Source: Octopus sinensis (Eukaryota). Taken from it: 64,000 nt of DNA. Position 1 is the first letter of the stretch. The number at the start of each line of letters is the position of its first letter. The stretch lies in contig NC_043010.1 of assembly GCF_006345805.1 (NCBI RefSeq), positions 25,978,001 through 26,042,000 on the forward strand, given 5' to 3'. A program made the position numbers and the translations under genes. Below are positions 59,511-64,000 of this stretch, one piece after another. The notes beneath the pieces were generated by a model. The model had not been told where the DNA came from, did no database searches, and worked only from the letters and a program-made list of their open reading frames with translations.

Positions 59511-59734
59511 GATAGGTGAAAATCTTTTTTTAATTCTTTTATTTGTTTGTCATTTGACTGTGGCTATGCTAGAGCACCGCCTTTAGTCGAGCAAATCAAC
59601 CCCAGGACTTATTCTTTGTAAGCCTAGTACTTATTCTATTGGCCTCTTTTGCCAAACCACTAAGTGACGGGGACGTAAACACACCAGCATCAGTTGTCAA
59701 ACGATGTTGGGGAGACAAACACAGACACACAAAC

Positions 59735-59776
<42 letters not shown>

Positions 59777-60085
59777 ACGGGCTTCTTTCAGTTTTCGTCT
59801 ACCAAATCCAATCACAAGGCTTTGGTCGGCCAGAGGTTATAGTAGAAGACACCTGCCCAAGGTGCCATGCAATGGGACTGAACCCGGAACTATGTACTTA
59901 CCACACAGCCACTCCTGCATACTGCATATTTAAAAAAAATATTTTTATAATTTGTATATATTTTATTATAAATGCAAAACAACAGAGAAATCGGCATAAG
60001 CTTAAATAATAAACCGCAATACGGCAAGAGAATACTGTATATACATATACACAGACACTCATATACACACACACACACACATATA

Positions 60086-60300
60086 TCTCTATATATAAAA
60101 CTGAAATGCGTTTTTACCACTTGGATCGCTTTCAATGCCACTACATCCCGTCCGATTCACTCCAAAATTTACAGGGACATGTAGAATGAGGTGACGATGC
60201 CCGTGGGCTACCTTAGAAATCCCTATCTTGAAAGGTGTGGTTGCTAGGGGCCATCTTCCTCACTCACACTATTTCCTCCTTTCCCTCTCTTACTCCCCTT
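60086..60300 (+). mobile_element. Probable 5' end of another Helitron-type non-autonomous element (3' end not found)
   Basis: A|TCTCTATATATAAAA start like 15384, CCGATT..AAAATTTACAGGGA motif. Confidence 0.35.
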
Positions 60301-60785
60301 CATTTATAACTTTGAGAAGTCCACTCCCGTTATTTAATGTATTCCCCTCAACTCCCTTTCACTTTCCCTTTATAAGTTTGTCAGGCGGCATTCTTTGATG
60401 TATCTGCGTTCATAGAGAGAATTATCATCGCTACCAACAACACACAATCATGAGAACAAATATTATGAATCAGATATTCATTGCGTTCATTTATATATGT
60501 GTGTGTGTTCGATATATAAATATGTATATATAATAAGTGTATATATCTGTATTTATGTATATTAAACTTTTTAATACTTTTTGATAGTTATATATATTTT
60601 TAAACAAATTATAAATATAATTTAATAATTTTTATTTTAAATTTAAATAATTTAAATTTTTCAATTTTATATATTTTCTATATTATATTTTTATTTTTAT
60701 GTTTTTGTTTTGTTTTTTTGCCTATTAGTGGTTTTATCTCTAATTTAATTTATATATATATATATAATTTGTATATATAATGCGT

Positions 60786-60832
<47 letters not shown>

Positions 60833-60885
60833 ATGTGTGCATTATGTGGTCGGTCGGTTCAGCTGAAAATATGCACACCTATGAA

Positions 60886-61957
60886 CCCTTTCGTTACTAT
60901 ATTTCTGACCAAAATACACCCCTTTTGTGTTTCAATTAATTTCTAACATAATCATAAAGTTAGTCTGGTTTCATTAAACAACTATAACTTTTTTATTTAT
61001 CAATATATTAATGTGATTTTTGGAAGATAATTTAATGAAATGTTCTCAACCAATTCTATACTATAATTTTTGTCACAAAGTGACTCTAATTGCAGGTAGA
61101 TACAGGTAAATTCAACAAAATATAAAATTATTAAAATTTTGTTCAAACATCGCTAAAGAAAATGGGTTATTAGCTAATATTCAATTGGGTATACAACAAA
61201 ATTTTACGATAGAATTTGTTATTCTGGGTAACTTTCTGATACCCATAATAATATTTATGGCAAAATAGTCTTAATTTCATTTAAGGTTGTGGGAAAGCAC
61301 TAACTATCCTTTCTTTCGCTTTGTTTACATTTAGCGTAACGGTTCGTTTCCGCCGTAATGATTTCAAATAGGCTCATTCGAAAAAGTAAAAAGAAATAGT
61401 CTAAGGCTTTACTCTCCTGGGAAAGTCTGTGGCTTGGTCCAGTTTCTTCAGAAAAATCACCGAAAGAAACAGTTTTTCAATTTTCACTCCATTCAGGTGC
61501 CAATTCATTTTCTTTATCGCAGTCAGAGCTCTCGGATTCACTGTTTTCACTTTCGGAAAATGAAACATCAGATTCATTATCAAATACCACGTGCTTTTTT
61601 TTTTTCAGTCATAGAGTTAGATTTATCAAGGTCTTCAGTAGAAAATCCTTCGAATTCTGACTCGCTGCTTGATATGATGAAATTCGTATCCATTTTTTGT
61701 CAGAATTACAAAGTTTGAAAACACAATAGGAGCAAATTTTGGAAAAAAATCTCCCAAAATTCACGGAATTAAAATTACACTTCGATCGTTGTACAAAACT
61801 GTAGATGAACTGTTTACGAAGTATAATCACGTGTTTTCACGAATGTAATAAAGAGATTTGCTATGATATTCTCATTTAAATATGAATACGGGCGGGTTTG
61901 GTCACATTAACCAAAATTTTTTTTCGGGCGGCTTTGGGCGGTTTGGTAATGAAAGGG
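60886..61957 (-). mobile_element. Internally deleted piggyBac element retaining the transposase N-terminus
   Basis: TIRs CCCTTTC(G/A)TTAC; flanks TGAA and TTAA; minus strand acidic N-terminus then KALDYFFLLF..FEIITAETNRYA..PTTLNEIK. Confidence 0.82.
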
Positions 61958-62709
61958 TTAAAAGTGCTGGCAAGTTTGCATGACAACTATTTTTTTTCCT
62001 CATATGAAAGGCGTGACCTCTAGGACAAAATTCCTCATCTTATAAAATGTGGCCCCAGTAGACCCGAATGAAATCGGGTTATATTAACCAAAAGGTGAAA
62101 AGGGGTATAAATGGGGCTGGAAGGGGATTAAAATTTAAAGGAGCGAGTGTTTAGGAATTCTCTGTTACATCAAGCTAAAAAATTGCGCCAGCCTTTTAAT
62201 CTTCAATGTGTTGCCGTCCATGATGAAGAGGTTTTGAATGCTTGCCATGGTGAGTCTACTGTCGTGAGAAAGAATCACTTCAAAACTTGGTGTTTACGAA
62301 TTTTCTTTTACATCAAGTTCAAAATTTTACGCCAGCCGTTAAACTGTCAATACGTTGCTGTCCGTCGTTAAGAAATGCCAGTCATGGTGACTCTACTATC
62401 CTCAGATTCTATCCCTTCAAACTTTGCTTTCCAATATTTCATTATTTTTATTCAGCTCGCAAGTTTGTCTGTCCCTTTTAAATGTTAGCGTTTTGCTGTC
62501 TGCCTTGAAGCAGACCTTTCTGTTGCCACTGCCTGATATTTATGATTGATCTTTCTAAATATTTTATTTCTCAACTTACTCAAGATCTTTTGTTGTTTAT
62601 AAATAGGAGAGAGATAGATAAAGATAGAGAGTAAGAGAAAGCGAGGGAGAGTCCGAGAGAAAAGAAAAGTAAGAGAGTGGGAAAGTGAGAGAGAAACAAA
62701 GAGGGAGAA

Positions 62710-63020
62710 TCATCATCATCATCGTTTAACGTCCGTTTTCCGTCCTAGCACGGGTTGGTCAGTTTGACCGGGGTCTGGGAAGCCAGGAGGCTGCACCAGG
62801 CTCCAGTATGATCTGGCAGTGTTTCTACAGGTGGATGACCTTCCTAACGCCAACCACTCTGTGAGTGTAGTGGGTGCTTTTTTTGTGCCGCCGGCACAGG
62901 TGCCAGGGGGGCTCGCAGCAGCAACGATCGGTTGGTGCTTTTCACGTGCCACTGGCACAGAAGCCAGTCAAGGCGGCGCTGCAATCGGCCATGTTCGGAT
63001 GGTGCTTTTTACGTGCTGAA
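62710..63020 (-). mobile_element. RTE 3' tail fragment
   Basis: (TGA)n tail, CCTTCCTAACGCCAACC, GTGCTTTT(T)ACGTG modules. Confidence 0.75.
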
Positions 63021-64000
63021 AGGAAGCAACAGAAAGTAACAACCACACTCTTACCCGCGCGTAGAGCAGGTCACCTTCAGCTAGTATATATATACATATA
63101 AACGTGCGAGCATGACGGATTTCTTTTAAGTTTCTGTTTACCAAATCCACTCACAAGGCTTTGGGGCTATAGTAGAAGACATTTGTCCAAGGTGTCACGC
63201 AGTCGTTATATTAAACCCAGAACCAAGTGGTTTTGGAGCAAACTTCTTAGTACACAGCCATGCTTCTGCCTCTGTGTGTGTGTGTGTGTGTGCATATTAC
63301 ACACACACACATACATACATACGCACGCTCATATGTATGTTAGCCATTATTGTCCCTGACTATGCCTAACTTAATAACACCACCTATCATAGTCCACTCA
63401 TGTAAGGAGAATTTTGCCGAAAAGAAGGGCGTGTATGTGTATGCATCATAAGAACATGCTATAAAGGCGACACAGTGTCTTATCCTGCATATGGTACTTT
63501 AAGAAATTGCTTCTCTTTTCAACTTTGCGAGAGTTTAACCCTGCTTCATTTTTCACAGTGTATACATACAATCCATCAAATGGATTTTTATTAAACAAGA
63601 AATAATAAATCAATCAATAAAATTAATCCGATTTTCCACATAAATTAACGATTATTTCACATGTAACCTAAGTTTCTTCTTTCAGTTTCCTTTGATTATT
63701 CTGTTTCACTTTCGTTCAGTCCACCTTCTTTCACTTTGTTGTTCGCCATTACACATAAATAGATTCAAGGTAGCAGTCCTCAACCTTATTTTTCCGTGAC
63801 GGTCTGAGTTCGTGCCAAACAATTTTCCCACGGACTTGGGGATCACGCGCATAACAAACCACAAAGTGTATATTATGTAATATATATTTATTACATCGAT
63901 CATCCATCCATCCACTGCAGAAACACCCTGCAGATTGCGGTAATCAATAAAATTTGTAAATTTTTTCTTTGTGTGTGGCCCACTACCAAATGATCCACTG

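Overview
AT-rich, microsatellite-dense eukaryotic DNA. The SINE/LINE repertoire looks like Octopus or another coleoid cephalopod (inference from recognised repeat types). The window opens inside a young LTR retrotransposon (1-4151: gag, PR-RT-RH-IN, 4 mismatches over the 250 comparable LTR bases, several disabling frameshifts). The rest is a mosaic of RTE, Tx1/L1-like and CR1-type LINEs, at least three tRNA-derived SINE families, mariner, maT-like and piggyBac remnants, MITEs, Helitron-type non-autonomous elements and a 1.9-kb foldback element. Host genes are sparse. A minus-strand gene has a likely promoter near 46.5 kb and a 376-codon exon encoding about 40-45 imperfect M-Y-S/G-S/T-P-x-S-Q octapeptides; a few other exons are only weak candidates. 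Three observations stand out. (1) The LTR element has no TGG-type PBS; instead nt 251-262 are the exact complement of the first 12 nt of metazoan tRNA-Phe(GAA), and its RT/RNase H motifs look DIRS-like despite a DDE integrase and direct LTRs. (2) There are three intact-looking and two decayed type I hammerhead ribozymes in small carriers that share no obvious sequence. One has a compensatory G3:C8 core; another has a 69-nt stem II and sits in a 593-bp unit with 77-bp terminal redundancy. (3) A C4HC3 PHD-like finger lies inside the RTE reverse transcriptase. All assignments were made by eye without database searches.
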